Positions 40,931 to 55,600 of a DNA stretch of 64,000 bases are shown in pieces; within the stretch, counting starts at the first letter, position 1; the number at the start of each line of letters is the position of its first letter. This DNA is from Pristiophorus japonicus (taxonomy: Eukaryota), in the NCBI RefSeq assembly GCF_044704955.1, contig NC_091989.1, forward strand, positions 110,856,001 through 110,920,000, given 5' to 3'. A program made the translations under genes and the position numbers. The notes beneath the pieces are model-generated. The model was not told the origin of the DNA. It did not search any database and saw only the letters and a list, made by a program, of their open reading frames with translations.

Positions 40931-43900
40931 AGGCTATCCCGACCCTGGCACAGGCTGTCCCAACCTTGGTACTGTCTGTCCGAACCCTGGTACAGGATAA
41001 TCGCGCTGGCACAGGATGTACCAAAACTGGTACAGGCTATCGCTATCCTGGCACAGGTTCAACAAACCCTGGCACTGGCTCATCTCATCCCTAGCACAGG
41101 CTGTCCCGACCCTGGCACACCAACCCTGGCACAGGCTCTACCAACCCTGGCACAGACAGTCCCGATCCTGGCACAGACTCAACCAACCCTGGCACAGGTT
41201 GTCCCAACCCTGGCACAGGCTGTCCCAACTTTGGCACAAGCTCTACCAAACCTGGCACAGGCTGTTCCAAACCTGGCACAGGCTGAACCAACCCTGGCAC
41301 AGGCTCGTCCCAAAAATGGCACAGACTGTCCCAGCCCTGGCACCAGCTGTCCAACACTGGCACTGGCTGTCCCGACTCTTCAACAGGCTATCCCCACCCT
41401 GGCACAGGCTATCCGACCCTGGCACAGGCTATACCAACACTGGCACGGGCTGTCCCTACACTAGCACATGCTGTAACAACGCTGGCACAGACGAACTCGA
41501 CCCTGGCACAGGCTGCCACAATCCTGGCAGAAGTCTGGCCCAACCCTGGTACAGGCTGCCACAACCCTGGCACAGGCTGTCCCCACCCTGACAGGCTGTC
41601 GCAAAGCTGGCACAGGCTGTCGCAACCCTGGCTCAGGCTGCTCCAACACTGGCACAGGCTGTCGCAACCCTGGAACAGACACTACCAACCCTGGCACAGG
41701 CTGTCCGACCCAAGCACAGTTTTTCCCATTACTGCCACAGGCTGTCCCGACTATGGCACAGGCTCTACCATCACTGCCATAGGCTGTCCTAACCCTGGCA
41801 CAGGCTATCCCAACCTTGGCACAGACTATTCCAACCCTGGTACAGGCTATCGCAACCCTGGCACAGGCTGCCACAACCCTGGCACAGGCTGTCCCAACCC
41901 TTACACAGGCTGTTCCGACCCTGGCAGTGGCTATCCCTATCCTGGCACAGGCTGTCCCAAACCTGGCACAGGCTGACCCAAACCTGGCAGAGTCGATCTC
42001 TCTCTCAGCACAAGCTGTCCCACCACTGGCATAGGTTGCCCCAATCCTGGCACAGGTAGCTCCAAGCACAAGTAGTCCCAAGTTGGCACAGGTTCTACCA
42101 ACCCTGGCGCAAGCTATCCCAACCCTGGCACAGGCTGTTGCAGCCCTGGCACATGTTCTCCCAACCATGGCACAGGATGTCCAAACACTGGCACAGGATG
42201 TCCGAATCCTGGCACAGGCTGTCCCAACCGTGGCACAGGCTTTCCAGACCCTGGCACAGGCTATCCCAACCTTGGCACAGGCTATCCCAAAGCTGGAACA
42301 GTTTATCACAACACTGTCGCAGACTGTCCCGACCCTGACACGGTCTGTCCCAACCCTGGCACACGCTGCCGCACCCCTGGCACAAGCTGTCCCCAACCTG
42401 GCACAGACTGTCCCAACCCTGGCACGGGCTGTTGCAAACCTGGCACAGGCTGACCCAACCCTGGGACAAGCTGTCCCAAACCTGACACAGGCTGTCCCAA
42501 CCCTGGTACAGGCTGTCGCAAACCTGACACAGGTTGTCCCAAACCTGACACAGGCTGTCCCAACCCTGGCACAGGCTGTCCCAAACCTGACACAGGCTGT
42601 CCCAACCCTGGCACAGGCTGTCCCATACCTGGCACAGGCTGTCTCAACCCTGGCACAGGCTGTCCCATACCTGACACAGCCTGTCCCAACCCTGGCACAG
42701 GCTGTCCCAAACCTGACACAGACTGTCCCAACCCTGGCATAGGCTATCCCGACCCTGGCACAGGCTGTCCCAACCTTGGTACTGTCTGTCCGAACCCTGG
42801 TACAGGATGATCGCGCTGGCACAGGATGTACCAACCCTGGTACAGGCTATCGCTATCCTGGCACAGGTTCAACAAACCCTGGCACTGGCTCATCTCATCC
42901 CTAGCACAGGCTGTCCCGACCCTGGCACACCAACCCTGGCACAGGCTCTACCAACCCTGGCACAGACAGTCCCGATCCTGGCACAGACTCAACCAACCCT
43001 GGCACAGGTTGTCCCAACCCTGGCACAGGCTGTCCCAACTTTGGCACAAGCTCTACCAAACCTGGCACAGGCTGTTCCAAACCTGGCACAGGCTGAACCA
43101 ACCCTGGCACAGGCTCGTCCCAAAAATGGCACAGACTGTCCCAGCCCTGGCACCAGCTGTCCAACACTGGCACTGGCTGTCCCGACTCTTCAACAGGCTA
43201 TCCCCACCCTGGCACAGGCTATCCGACCCTGGCACAGGCTATACCAACACTGGCACGGGCTGTCCCTACACTAGCACATGCTGTAACAACGCTGGCACAG
43301 ACGAACTCGACCCTGGCACAGGCTGCCACAATCCTGGCAGAAGTCTGGCCCAACCCTGGTACAGGCTGCCACAACCCTGGCACAGGCTGTCCCCACCCTG
43401 ACAGGCTGTCGCAAAGCTGGCACAGGCTGTCGCAACCCTGGCTCAGGCTGCTCCAACACTGGCACAGGCTGTCGCAACCCTGGAACAGACACTACCAACC
43501 CTGGCACAGGCTGTCCAACCCAAGCACAGTTTTTCCCATTACTGCCACAGGCTGTCCCGACTATGGCACAGGCTCTACCATCACTGCCATAGGCTGTCCT
43601 AACCCTGGCACAGGCTATCCCAACCTTGGCACAGACTATTCCAACCCTGGTACAGGCTATCGCAACCCTGGCACAGGCTGCCACAACCCTGGCACAGGCT
43701 GTCCCAACCCTTACACAGGCTGTTCCGACCCTGGCAGTGGCTATCCCTATCCTGGCACAGGCTGTCCCAAACCTGGCACAGGCTGACCCAAACCTGGCAG
43801 AGTCGATCTCTCTCTCAGCACAAGCTGTCCCACCACTGGCATAGGTTGCCCCAATCCTGGCACAGGTAGCTCCAAGCACAAGTAGTCCCAAGTTGGCACA

Positions 43901-46900
43901 GGTTCTACCAACCCTGGCGCAAGCTATCCCAACCCTGGCACAGGCTGTTGCAGCCCTGGCACATGTTCTCCCAACCATGGCACAGGATGTCCAAACACTG
44001 GCACAGGATGTCCGAATCCTGGCACAGGCTGTCCCAACCGTGGCACAGGCTTTCCAGACCCTGGCACAGGCTATCCCAACCTTGGCACAGGCTATCCCAA
44101 AGCTGGAACAGTTTATCACAACACTGTCGCAGACTGTCCCGACCCTGACACGGTCTGTCCCAACCCTGGCACACGCTGCCGCACCCCTGGCACAAGCTGT
44201 CCCCAACCTGGCACAGACTGTCCCAACCCTGGCACGGGCTGTTGCAAACCTGGCACAGGCTGACCCAACCCTGGGACAAGCTGTCCCAAACCTGACACAG
44301 GCTGTCCCAACCCTGGTACAGGCTGTCGCAAACCTGACACAGGTTGTCCCAAACCTGACACAGGCTGTCCCAACCCTGGCACAGGCTGTCCCAAACCTGA
44401 CACAGGCTGTCCCAACCCTGGCACAGGCTGTCCCATACCTGGCACAGGCTGTCTCAACCCTGGCACAGGCTGTCCCATACCTGACACAGCCTGTCCCAAC
44501 CCTGGCACAGGCTGTCCCAAACCTGACACAGACTGTCCCAACCCTGGCATAGGCTATCCCGACCCTGGCACAGGCTGTCCCAACCTTGGTACTGTCTGTC
44601 CGAACCCTGGTACAGGATGATCGCGCTGGCACAGGATGTACCAACCCTGGTACAGGCTATCGCTATCCTGGCACAGGTTCAACAAACCCTGGCACTGGCT
44701 CATCTCATCCCTAGCACAGGCTGTCCCGACCCTGGCACACCAACCCTGGCACAGGCTCTACCAACCCTGGCACAGACAGTCCCGATCCTGGCACAGACTC
44801 AACCAACCCTGGCACAGGTTGTCCCAACCCTGGCACAGGCTGTCCCAACTTTGGCACAAGCTCTACCAAACCTGGCACAGGCTGTTCCAAACCTGGCACA
44901 GGCTGAACCAACCCTGGCACAGGCTCGTCCCAAAAATGGCACAGACTGTCCCAGCCCTGGCACCAGCTGTCCAACACTGGCACTGGCTGTCCCGACTCTT
45001 CAACAGGCTATCCCCACCCTGGCACAGGCTATCCGACCCTGGCACAGGCTATACCAACACTGGCACGGGCTGTCCCTACACTAGCACATGCTGTAACAAC
45101 GCTGGCACAGACGAACTCGACCCTGGCACAGGCTGCCACAATCCTGGCAGAAGTCTGGCCCAACCCTGGTACAGGCTGCCACAACCCTGGCACAGGCTGT
45201 CCCCACCCTGACAGGCTGTCGCAAAGCTGGCACAGGCTGTCGCAACCCTGGCTCAGGCTGCTCCAACACTGGCACAGGCTGTCGCAACCCTGGAACAGAC
45301 ACTACCAACCCTGGCACAGGCTGTCCGACCCAAGCACAGTTTTTCCCATTACTGCCACAGGCTGTCCCGACTATGGCACAGGCTCTACCATCACTGCCAT
45401 AGGCTGTCCTAACCCTGGCACAGGCTATCCCAACCTTGGCACAGACTATTCCAACCCTGGTACAGGCTATCGCAACCCTGGCACAGGCTGCCACAACCCT
45501 GGCACAGGCTGTCCCAACCCTTACACAGGCTGTTCCGACCCTGGCAGTGGCTATCCCTATCCTGGCACAGGCTGTCCCAAACCTGGCACAGGCTGACCCA
45601 AACCTGGCAGAGTCGATCTCTCTCTCAGCACAAGCTGTCCCACCACTGGCATAGGTTGCCCCAATCCTGGCACAGGTAGCTCCAAGCACAAGTAGTCCCA
45701 AGTTGGCACAGGTTCTACCAACCCTGGCGCAAGCTATCCCAACCCTGGCACAGGCTGTTGCAGCCCTGGCACATGTTCTCCCAACCATGGCACAGGATGT
45801 CCAAACACTGGCACAGGATGTCCGAATCCTGGCACAGGCTGTCCCAACCGTGGCACAGGCTTTCCAGACCCTGGCACAGGCTATCCCAACCTTGGCACAG
45901 GCTATCCCAAAGCTGGAACAGTTTATCACAACACTGTCGCAGACTGTCCCGACCCTGACACGGTCTGTCCCAACCCTGGCACACGCTGCCGCACCCCTGG
46001 CACAAGCTGTCCCCAACCTGGCACAGACTGTCCCAACCCTGGCACGGGCTGTTGCAAACCTGGCACAGGCTGACCCAACCCTGGGACAAGCTGTCCCAAA
46101 CCTGACACAGGCTGTCCCAACCCTGGTACAGGCTGTCGCAAACCTGACACAGGTTGTCCCAAACCTGACACAGGCTGTCCCAACCCTGGCACAGGCTGTC
46201 CCAACCCTGGCACAGGCTGTCCCAAACCTGACACAGGCTGTCCCAACCCTGGCACAGGCTGTCCCATACCTGGCACAGGCTGTCTCAACCCTGGCACAGG
46301 CTGTCCCATACCTGACACAGCCTGTCCCAACCCTGGCACAGGCTGTCCCAAACCTGACACAGACTGTCCCAACCCTGGCATAGGCTATCCCGACCCTGGC
46401 ACTGGCTGTCCCAACCTTGGTACTGTCTGTCCGAACCCTGGTACAGGATGATCGCGCTGGCACAGGATGTACCAACCCTGGTACAGGCTATCGCTATCCT
46501 GGCACAGGTTCAACAAACCCTGGCACTGGCTCATCTCATCCCTAGCACAGGCTGTCCCGACCCTGGCACACCAACCCTGGCACAGGCTCTACCAACCCTG
46601 GCACAGACAGTCCCGATCCTGGCACAGACTCAACCAACCCTGGCACAGGTTGTCCCAACCCTGGCACAGGCTGTCCCAACTTTGGCACAAGCTCTACCAA
46701 ACCTGGCACAGGCTGTTCCAAACCTGGCACAGGCTGAACCAACCCTGGCACAGGCTCGTCCCAAAAATGGCACAGACTGTCCCAGCCCTGGCACCAGCTG
46801 TCCAACACTGGCACTGGCTGTCCCGACTCTTCAACAGGCTATCCCCACCCTGGCACAGGCTATCCGACCCTGGCACAGGCTATACCAACACTGGCACGGG

Positions 46901-47589
46901 CTGTCCCTACACTAGCACATGCTGTAACAACGCTGGCACAGACGAACTCGACCCTGGCACAGGCTGCCACAATCCTGGCAGAAGGCTGGCCCAACCCTGG
47001 TACAGGCTGCCACAACCCTGGCAGAGGCTGTCCCCACCCTGACAGGCTGTCGCAAAGCTGGCACAGGCTGTCGCAACACTGGCTCAGGCTGCTCCAACAC
47101 TGGCACAGGCTGTCGCAACCCTGGAACAGACACTACCAACCCTGGCACAGGCTGTCCGACCCAAGCACAGTTTGTCCCATCACTGCCACAGGCTGTCCCG
47201 ACTATGGCACAGGCTCTACCATCACTGCCACAGGCTGTCCTAACCCTGGCACAAGCTATCCCAACCTTGGCACAGACTATTCCAACCCTGGTACAGGCTA
47301 TCGCAACCCTGGCACAGGCTGCCACAACCCTGGCACAGGCTGTCCCAACCCTTACACAGGCTGTTCCGACCCTGGCAGTGGCTATCCCTATCCTGGCACA
47401 GGCTGTCCCAAACCTGGCACAGGCTGTCCCAACCCTGGCAGAGTCTATCTTTCTCTCGGCACAACCTGTCCCAACACTCGCATAGGTTGCCCCAATCCTG
47501 GCACAGGTAGCTCCAAGCACAAGTAGTCCCAAGTTGGCACAGGTTCTACCAACCCTGGCGCAAGCTATCCCAACCCTGGCACAGGCTGT
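40931..47589 (+). repeat. Homogeneous higher-order repeat: units of 1810, 1810 and 1831 bp plus a partial fourth
   Basis: ORF series 41016/42826/44636/46467 and 41461/43271/45081. Units start at 40931, 42741, 44551 and 46382. The third unit has one extra 21-bp monomer (457 vs 464 aa ORF). Confidence 0.95.
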
Positions 47590-49389
47590 CACAACCCTGG
47601 CACAGGCTGATGCAAACCGTGGCACAGGCTGTACACAACCCTGGCACAGGCAGACCCAACCCTGGCACAGGCAGACCCAACCCTGTCTCAGGCTGCCACA
47701 ATCCTGGCACATGCTGTCACAAATCTGGCATAGGCTCTACCAAGTCTGGCACTGGCTGTCACATACCTGACACAGGCTGTCCCAAACCTGGCACAAGCAC
47801 TCCCAACCCTGGCACAGGCTCTACCAACGTTGGTACAAGATGTTCACACCCTGGCACCGCCTGTTCAACACTGGCACCAGCTGACCCGACCCTGGCACAG
47901 ATTGTTCCAAACCCTGGCACTGTCTGTCCGAACCCTGGCACACGCTGTCCTAAACCTGGTACAGGCTATTTCTAATCTGGCATGGGCTATACCAACCCTG
48001 ACACAGCCTGTTCCAACCCTGGCACAGGCTGTCCCAACCCTGGCACAGGCTATCCCAACCCTGGCACAGGCTGTTCCAAACCTGGCACAGGCTGAACCAA
48101 CCCTGGCGCAGGCTCGTCCCAAAAATGGCACAGACTGTCCCAGCCCTGGCACCAGCTGTTCAACACTGGCACTGGCTGTCCCGACTCTTCAACAGGCTAT
48201 CCCCACCCTGGCACAGGCTATCCGGCCCTGGCACAGGCTATCCCAACACTGGCACGGGCTGTCCCTACACTAGCACAGGCTGTAACAATGCTGGCACAGA
48301 CGAACTCGACCCTGGCACAGGCTGCCACAATCCTGGCACAGGCTGGCCCAACCCTGACAGGCTGTCGCAAAGCTGGCACAGGCTGTCGCAACCCTGGCTC
48401 AGGCTGCTCCAACACTGGCACAGGCTGTCGCAACCCTGGAACAGACACTACCAACCCTGGCACAGGCTGTCCGACCCAAGCACAGTTTGTCCCATCACTG
48501 CCACAGGCTGTCCCGACTATGGCACAGGCTCTACCATCACTGCCACAGGCTGTCCTAACCCTGGCACAGGCTATCCCAACCTTGGCACAGACTATTCCAA
48601 CCCTGGTACAGGCTATCGCAACCCTGGCACAGGCTGCCACAACCCTGGCACAGGCTGTCCCAACCCTTACACAGGCTGTTCCGACCCTGGCAGTGGCTAT
48701 CCCTATCCTGGCACAGGCTGTCCCAAACCTGGCACAGGCTGTCCCAACCCTGGCAGAGTCTATCTTTCTCTCGGCACAACCTGTCCCAACACTCGCATAG
48801 GTTGCCCCAATCCTGGCACAGGTAGCTCCAAGCACAAGTAGTCCCAAGTTGGCACAGGTTCTACCAACCCTGGCGCAAGCTATCCCAACCCTGGCACAGG
48901 CTGTCACAACCCTGGCACAGGCTGATGCAAACCGTGGCACAGGCTGTACACAACCCTGGCACAGGCAGACCCAACCCTGGCACAGGCAGACCCAACCCTG
49001 TCTCAGGCTGCCACAATCCTGGCACATGCTGTCACAAATCTGGCATAGGCTCTACCAAGTCTGGCACTGGCTGTCACATACCTGACACAGGCTGTCCCAA
49101 ACCTGGCACAAGCACTCCCAACCCTGGCACAGGCTCTACCAACGTTGGTACAAGATGTTCACACCCTGGCACCGCCTGTTCAACACTGACACCGGCTGAC
49201 CCGACCCTGGCACAGATTGTTCCAAACCCTGGCACTGTCTGTCCGAACCCTTGCACACGCTGTCCTAAACCTGGTACAGGCTATTTCTAATCTGGCATGG
49301 GCTATACCAACCCTGACACAGCCTGTTCCAACCCTGGCGCAGGCTGTCCCAACCCTGGCACAGGCTATCCCAACCCTGGCACAGGCTGT
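47036..49389 (+). repeat. Tandem duplication, period 1315 bp
   Basis: ORF pairs 47240/48555, 47534/48849, 47610/48925 and 47759/49074 are all offset by 1315. Upstream homology continues at +1358 across a small deletion. Confidence 0.9.
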
Positions 49390-49636
49390 CACAACCCTGG
49401 CACAGGCTCTACACAACCCTGGCACAGGCTCTACCAACCCTGGCACAACCTGTCCCCAACCTGGCACAGGCAGTCCCAACCCTGGCAGAGTCACGCCTTA
49501 ACAATGGCACCAGCTGACCCAACGCTGGCACAGACTCTACCAACTCTGGCACAGGCACTACCAACCCTGGCACAGGCTCTACCAATACTATCACAGGCTG
49601 TCCCGAACCTGGCATAGGCTGTCCCATCCCTGGCAC

Positions 49637-52600
49637 ATGCTATCTAGGCCTTGGCACAGGCTATCCCAACCTTGGCAAAGGCTATCTCAACCCTGGCACA
49701 GTTTGTCTCACACCGGGCACATCTGTTCCACCCCCGGCACGGGCTGCCCATCCTGGCACAGGCTGTCCCAACTCTGGCACAGGCTATCGCTATCCTGGCA
49801 CAGGCTGCTACAATCCTGGCACAGGCTATCCAAACGCTGGCACAGGCTATCGCTATTCTGGCACAGGCTATCCTAATCCTGGCACTAGCTGCCTCAATCC
49901 TGGCACAGGCTGTCCTAATCCTGGCACAAGCTGTCACAACCCTGGCACAGGCTGTCCTAACCCTGGCACAGGCTCGTCTCATCCCTGGCACAGGCTGTCC
50001 CGTCTGTGGCACAGGCTGTCCCAACTCTGGCACACACTCTACCAACCCTGGCACAGGCTATAACAATCCTGGCAAAGTCTCGTCTCATCCCTGGCATAGG
50101 CTTGTCTCAACAATGGCACAGTCTGTCCCAACCCTGGCACCGGCTGTTCAACACTTGCACGGGCTGTCCCGACCCTGGCACAGACTGTCCCAATCCTGGC
50201 ACAGGCTGTTCCAACTCTGGCACTGTCTGTCCGAACTCTGGCACAAGCTGTCCCAACCCTGGCACACGCTGTCCCCACCCTGGCACAGGCTGTCCCAACC
50301 ATGGCACAGGCTATCGCTATCCTGGCACACGTTGTCCCAAACCTGACATAAGCTGTCCCAAACCTGGCACAGGCTGTCCTAACCCTGGCACAGCTCGTCA
50401 CATCCCTGGCACAGGCTGTCCCGACTCTGGCACAGGCTATCCGGACTCTGGCACACGCTCTACCAACTCTGGCACAGGCTCATCTCAACAATGGCACAGT
50501 CTCTCCCAACCCTGGCACCGGCTGTTCAATACTGGCACCGACTGTCCCGACCCTGGCACAGACTGTCCCAATCCTGGCACAGGCCGTTCCAAACCTGGCA
50601 CTGTCTGTCTGAACCCTGGCACAGGCTGCCCCAACCCTGGCACACGCTGTCCAAAATCTGGCACAGGCTGTCGCAACCCTGGCACACGCTGCCGCAAACC
50701 TGGCATAAGCTGTCCCCAACCTGGCACAAGCTGTCACATCCCTGGCACAGGCTGTCCTAACCCTGGCACAGGCTCATCTAATCGCTGGCACATGCTGTCC
50801 CGTCTGCGGCATAGGTTGTCCCAACTCTGGCACACACTCTACCAACGCTGGCACAGGCTATAACAATCCAGGCAAAGTCTCGTCTCATCCCTGGCATAGG
50901 CTTGTCTCAACAATGTCATAGGTTGCCGCAATCCTGGCAGAGGTAGCTCCAAGCACAAGTAGTCCCAAGTTGGCACAGGCTCTACCAACCCTGGCACAAG
51001 CTATCCCAACCCTGGCACGGACTGTCCCTACCCTGGCACAGGCTCTACCAAAAAAGGCACAGGCTGTCGCACCACTGGCACAGGCTGTCACAACCCTGGC
51101 ACAGGCTGACGCAAACCGTGGCACAGGCTCCACACAACCCTGGCACAGGCAGAGCCAACCCTGGCACAGGCTGCCACAATCCTGGCACATGCTGTCATAA
51201 ACCTTGGCACAGGCTCGACACAACCCAGGCACACGCTGTCCCAACCCTGGCACAGGCTGCCACAGCCCTGGCACAGGCTAACCCAACTTTGGCACAAGCT
51301 GTTCCGACCCTGGCACAGGCTGTCCCAACCCCGGAACAGGCGTGCCCCAACCCTGGCAAAGGCTGACCCAAATCTGGCACAGGCTCTACCAAGTCGGGCA
51401 CTGGCTGTCACAAGCCTGGCACAGGCTGTCCCAAACCTGGCACAGGGTCTCCCAACCCTGGCACAAGCTCTACCAACGTTGGCACACGATGTTCCCAACC
51501 TGGCACCACCTGTTCCACACTGGCGCCGGCTGACCCGACCCTGGCACAGATTGTTCCAAACCTGGCACAGGCTGTTCCAACCCTGGCACTGTCTGTCCGA
51601 AACCTGGCACACGCTGTCCCAAACCTGGTACAGGCTATTGCTAATCTGGCACAGGCTATCCAACCCTGGCACAGCCTGATCCAACCCTGGCGCAGGCTGT
51701 CCTAACCCTGGCACAGGCTATCCCAACCCTGGCATAGACTGTCCCATCCCTAACACATGCTATCTAGGTCCTGGCACAGGCTATCCCAACCTTGGCACAG
51801 GCTATCTCAACCCTGGCACAGTTTGTCTCACACCGGGCACATCTCTCCCACCCCTGGCACGGGCTGTCCCATCCCGGCACAGGCTGTCCCAACTCTGGCA
51901 CAGGCTGCCACAATCCTGGTACAGGCTATCCAAATGCTGGCACAGGCTATCGCTATTCTGGCACAGGCTATCCTAATCCTGGCACCAGCTGTCACAACCC
52001 TGACACAGGCTGTCCCAACCCTGGCACAGACTGTCCTAACCCTGGCACAGGCTCGTCTCATCCCTGGCACATGCTGTCCCGTCTGTGGCACAGGCTGTCC
52101 CAACTCTGGCACACACTCTACCAAGCCTGGCACAGGCTATAACAATCCTGGCAAAGTCTCGTCTCATCCCTGGCACAGGCTCGTCTCAACAATGGCACAG
52201 TCTGTCCCAACCCTGGCACCGGCTGTTCAACACTTGCACGGGCTGTCCCGACCCTGGCACAGACTGTCCCAATCCTGGCACAGGCTGTTCCAACCCTGGC
52301 ACTGTCTGTCCGAACTCTGGCACAAGCTGTCCCAACCCTGGCACACGCTGTCCCAACCCTGGCACAGGCTGTCGCAAACATGGCACAGGCTTTCGCTATC
52401 CTGGCACAGGTTGTCCCAAACATGACATAAGCTGTCCCAACCCTGGCACAGACTGTCCTAACCCTGGCACAGCTCATCACATCCCTGGCACAGGCTGTCC
52501 CGACTCTGGCACAGGCTGTCCCAACTCTGGCACACGCTCTAACAACTCTGGCACAGGCTCATCTCAACAATGGCACAGTCTGTCCCAACCCTGGCATCGG

Positions 52601-55600
52601 CTGTTCAATACTGGCACCGACTGTCCCAATCCTGGCACAGGCCGTTCCAAACCTGGCACTGTCTGTCTGAACCCTGGCACAGGCTGCCCCAACCCTGGCA
52701 CACGCTGTCCAAAACCTGGCACAGGCTGTCGCAAACCTGGCACACGCTGCCGCAAACCTGGCATAAACTGTCCCCAACCTGGCACAGGCTGTCCCAACCT
52801 GGCACAGGCTGTCTCAACCCCAGCACACGCTGTCGCAAACCTGGCACAGGCTGTCCCAACCCTGTCACACGTTGCTGCAAGCCTGTCACAAGCTGTCCCC
52901 AACCTGGCACAGGCGGTCCCAACCCTGGCAGACTCTGGCCTGAACAATGGCACCGGCTGACCCAATTCAGGCACGAGCTCTTCCAGCTCTGGCACAGGCA
53001 CTACCATCCCTGTCACAGGCTGTCCCGAACCTGGCACAGGCTGTCCCAATCATGGCATAGGCTATCCAGACCCGGGCACAGGCTATCCCAACCTTGGCAC
53101 TGGCTGTCCCAAACCTGACACAGGCTGTCCCAAACCTGGTACAGGTTGTCCCAAACCTGACACAGGCTGTCCCAACCTTGGCACAGGCTGTTGCAACCCT
53201 GGCACATGTTCTCCCAACCCTGGCACAGGATGTCCGAACCCTGGCACAGGATGTCCGAATCCTGGCACAGGCTGTCCAAACCCTGGCACATGCTATCCCT
53301 ATCCTGGCGCAGGCTGTCCCAACCATGGCACAGGCTATCCAGACCCTGGCACAGGCTATCCCAACCTTGGCACAGGCTATCCCAAAGCTGGAACAATTTG
53401 TCACAACATTGTCGCAGACTGTCCCGACACTGACACGGTCTGTCCCAACCCTGGCACACGTTGCCCAAACCCTGGCACACGCTGCCGCACCCCTGGCACA
53501 AGCTGTCCCCAACCTGGCACAGGCTGTCCCAACCCTGGCACGGGCTGTCGCAAATCTGGCACAGGCTGACCCAACCCTGGCACAGGCTGTCCCAAACCTG
53601 ACACAGGTTGTCCCAAACCTGACACAGGTTGTCCCAACCCTGATACAGGCTGTCCCAAACCTGACACAGGTTGTCCCAAACCTGATACAGGCTGTCCCAA
53701 ACCTGACACAGGTTGTCCCAAACCTGACACAGGTTGTCCCAACCCTGGCACAGGCTATCCACAACCCTGGCACAGGCTGTCCCAACCTTGGTACTGTCTG
53801 TCCGAACCCTGGCACAGGATGTCCGATGCTGGCACAGGATGTACCAACCCTGGTACAGGCTATCGCTATCCTGGCACAGGCTCAACAAACCCTGGCACTG
53901 GCTCGTCTCATCCCTAGCACAGGCTGTCCCGACCCTGGCACACCAACCCTGGCACAGGCTCTACCAACCCTGGCACAGACAGTCCGATCCTGGCACAGAC
54001 TCAACCAACCCTGGCACAGGTTGTCCTAACCCTAGCATAGGCTGTCCCAACTTTGGCACAAACTCTACCAAACCTGGCACAGGCTGTTCCAAACCCGGCA
54101 CAGGCTGTACCAACCCTGGCCCAGGCTCGTCCCAACAATGGCACAGACTGTCCCAGCCCTGGCACCAGCTGTTCAACACTGGCACTGGCTGTCCCAACCA
54201 TGGAACAGGCTGTTCCAACCCTGGCACAGGACATCCCAACCCAGGCACAGGCTGTCCCAACTCTGGCACAGGCTGTCCTAAACCTGGCACAGGCTATCCG
54301 AACCCTGGAACAGGCTATCCCGACCCTGGCACAGGCTGTCCCAACCCTGGCACTGTCTATCCGAACCCTGGCACAGGATATCCGAACCCTGGCACAGGAT
54401 GTACCAACCCTGGTATAGGCGATCGCTATCCTGGCACAGGATCTACAAACCCTGGCACAGGCTGTCGCAACTCTGGAACAGACACTACCAACCCTGGTAC
54501 AGGCTGCCACAACCCTGGCACAGGCTGTCCCCACCCTGGCATAGGCTGTCGCAACGCTGGCACAGGCTGCTCCAACACTGGCACAGACTGTCGCAACCCT
54601 GGAACAGACAATACCAACCCTGGCACAGGCTGTCCCATCCCAAGCTCAGGTTGTCCAATCACTGGCACAGGCTGTCGCAACCATGGCACAGGCTGTCCCA
54701 AGCCTGGCACAGGCTGTCCTAACCCTGGCACAGGCTATCCCAACCTTGGCACAGACTATTCCAACCCTGGTACAGGCTATCGCAACCCTGGCACAGGCTG
54801 CCACAACCCTGGCACAGACTGTCCCAACCCTTACACAGGCTGTTCCGCCCCTGGCAGTTACCATCCCAAACCTGGCACAGGCTGTCCCAACCCTGGCAGA
54901 GTCTATATCTCTCTCGGCACAAGCTGTCCCAACCCTGGAATAGGTTGCCCCAATCCTGGCACAGGTAGCTCCAAGCACAAGTAGTCCCAAGTTGGCACAG
55001 GCTCTACCAACCCTGGCGCAAGCTGTCCCAACCCTGGCACAGACTGTCACTACCCTGGCACAGGCTCTACCAACAAAGGCACAGGCTGTCACAACCCTGG
55101 CAAAGGCTGACACAAACCGTGGCACAGGCTCGACACAACCCTGGCACAGGCAGACCCAACCCTGGCACAGGCTGCCACAATCCTGGCACATGCTGTCACA
55201 AACCTTGGCACAGGCTCTACACAACCCAGGCACACGCTGTCCCAACCTTGGCAGAGGCTGCCACAGCCCTGGCACAGGCTAACCCAACTCTGGCATATGC
55301 TCTACCAACCCTGGCACAGGGTTGCAAAGCTGGCATAGGTTCTACCAACTTTGGCACAAGCTGTTCCGACACTGGAACAGGCTGTCCCAACCCCGGAACA
55401 GGCGTGCCCCAACCCTGGCAAAGGCTGCCCCAAATCTGGCACAGGCTCTACCAAGTCTGGCACTGGCTGTCACAACCCTGACACAGGCTGTCCAAAACCT
55501 GGCACAGGCTCTCCCAACACTGGCACAGGCTCTACCAACGTTGGCACAAGATGTTCCCACCCTGGCACCGCCTGTTCAACACTGGCACCGGCTGACCCGA

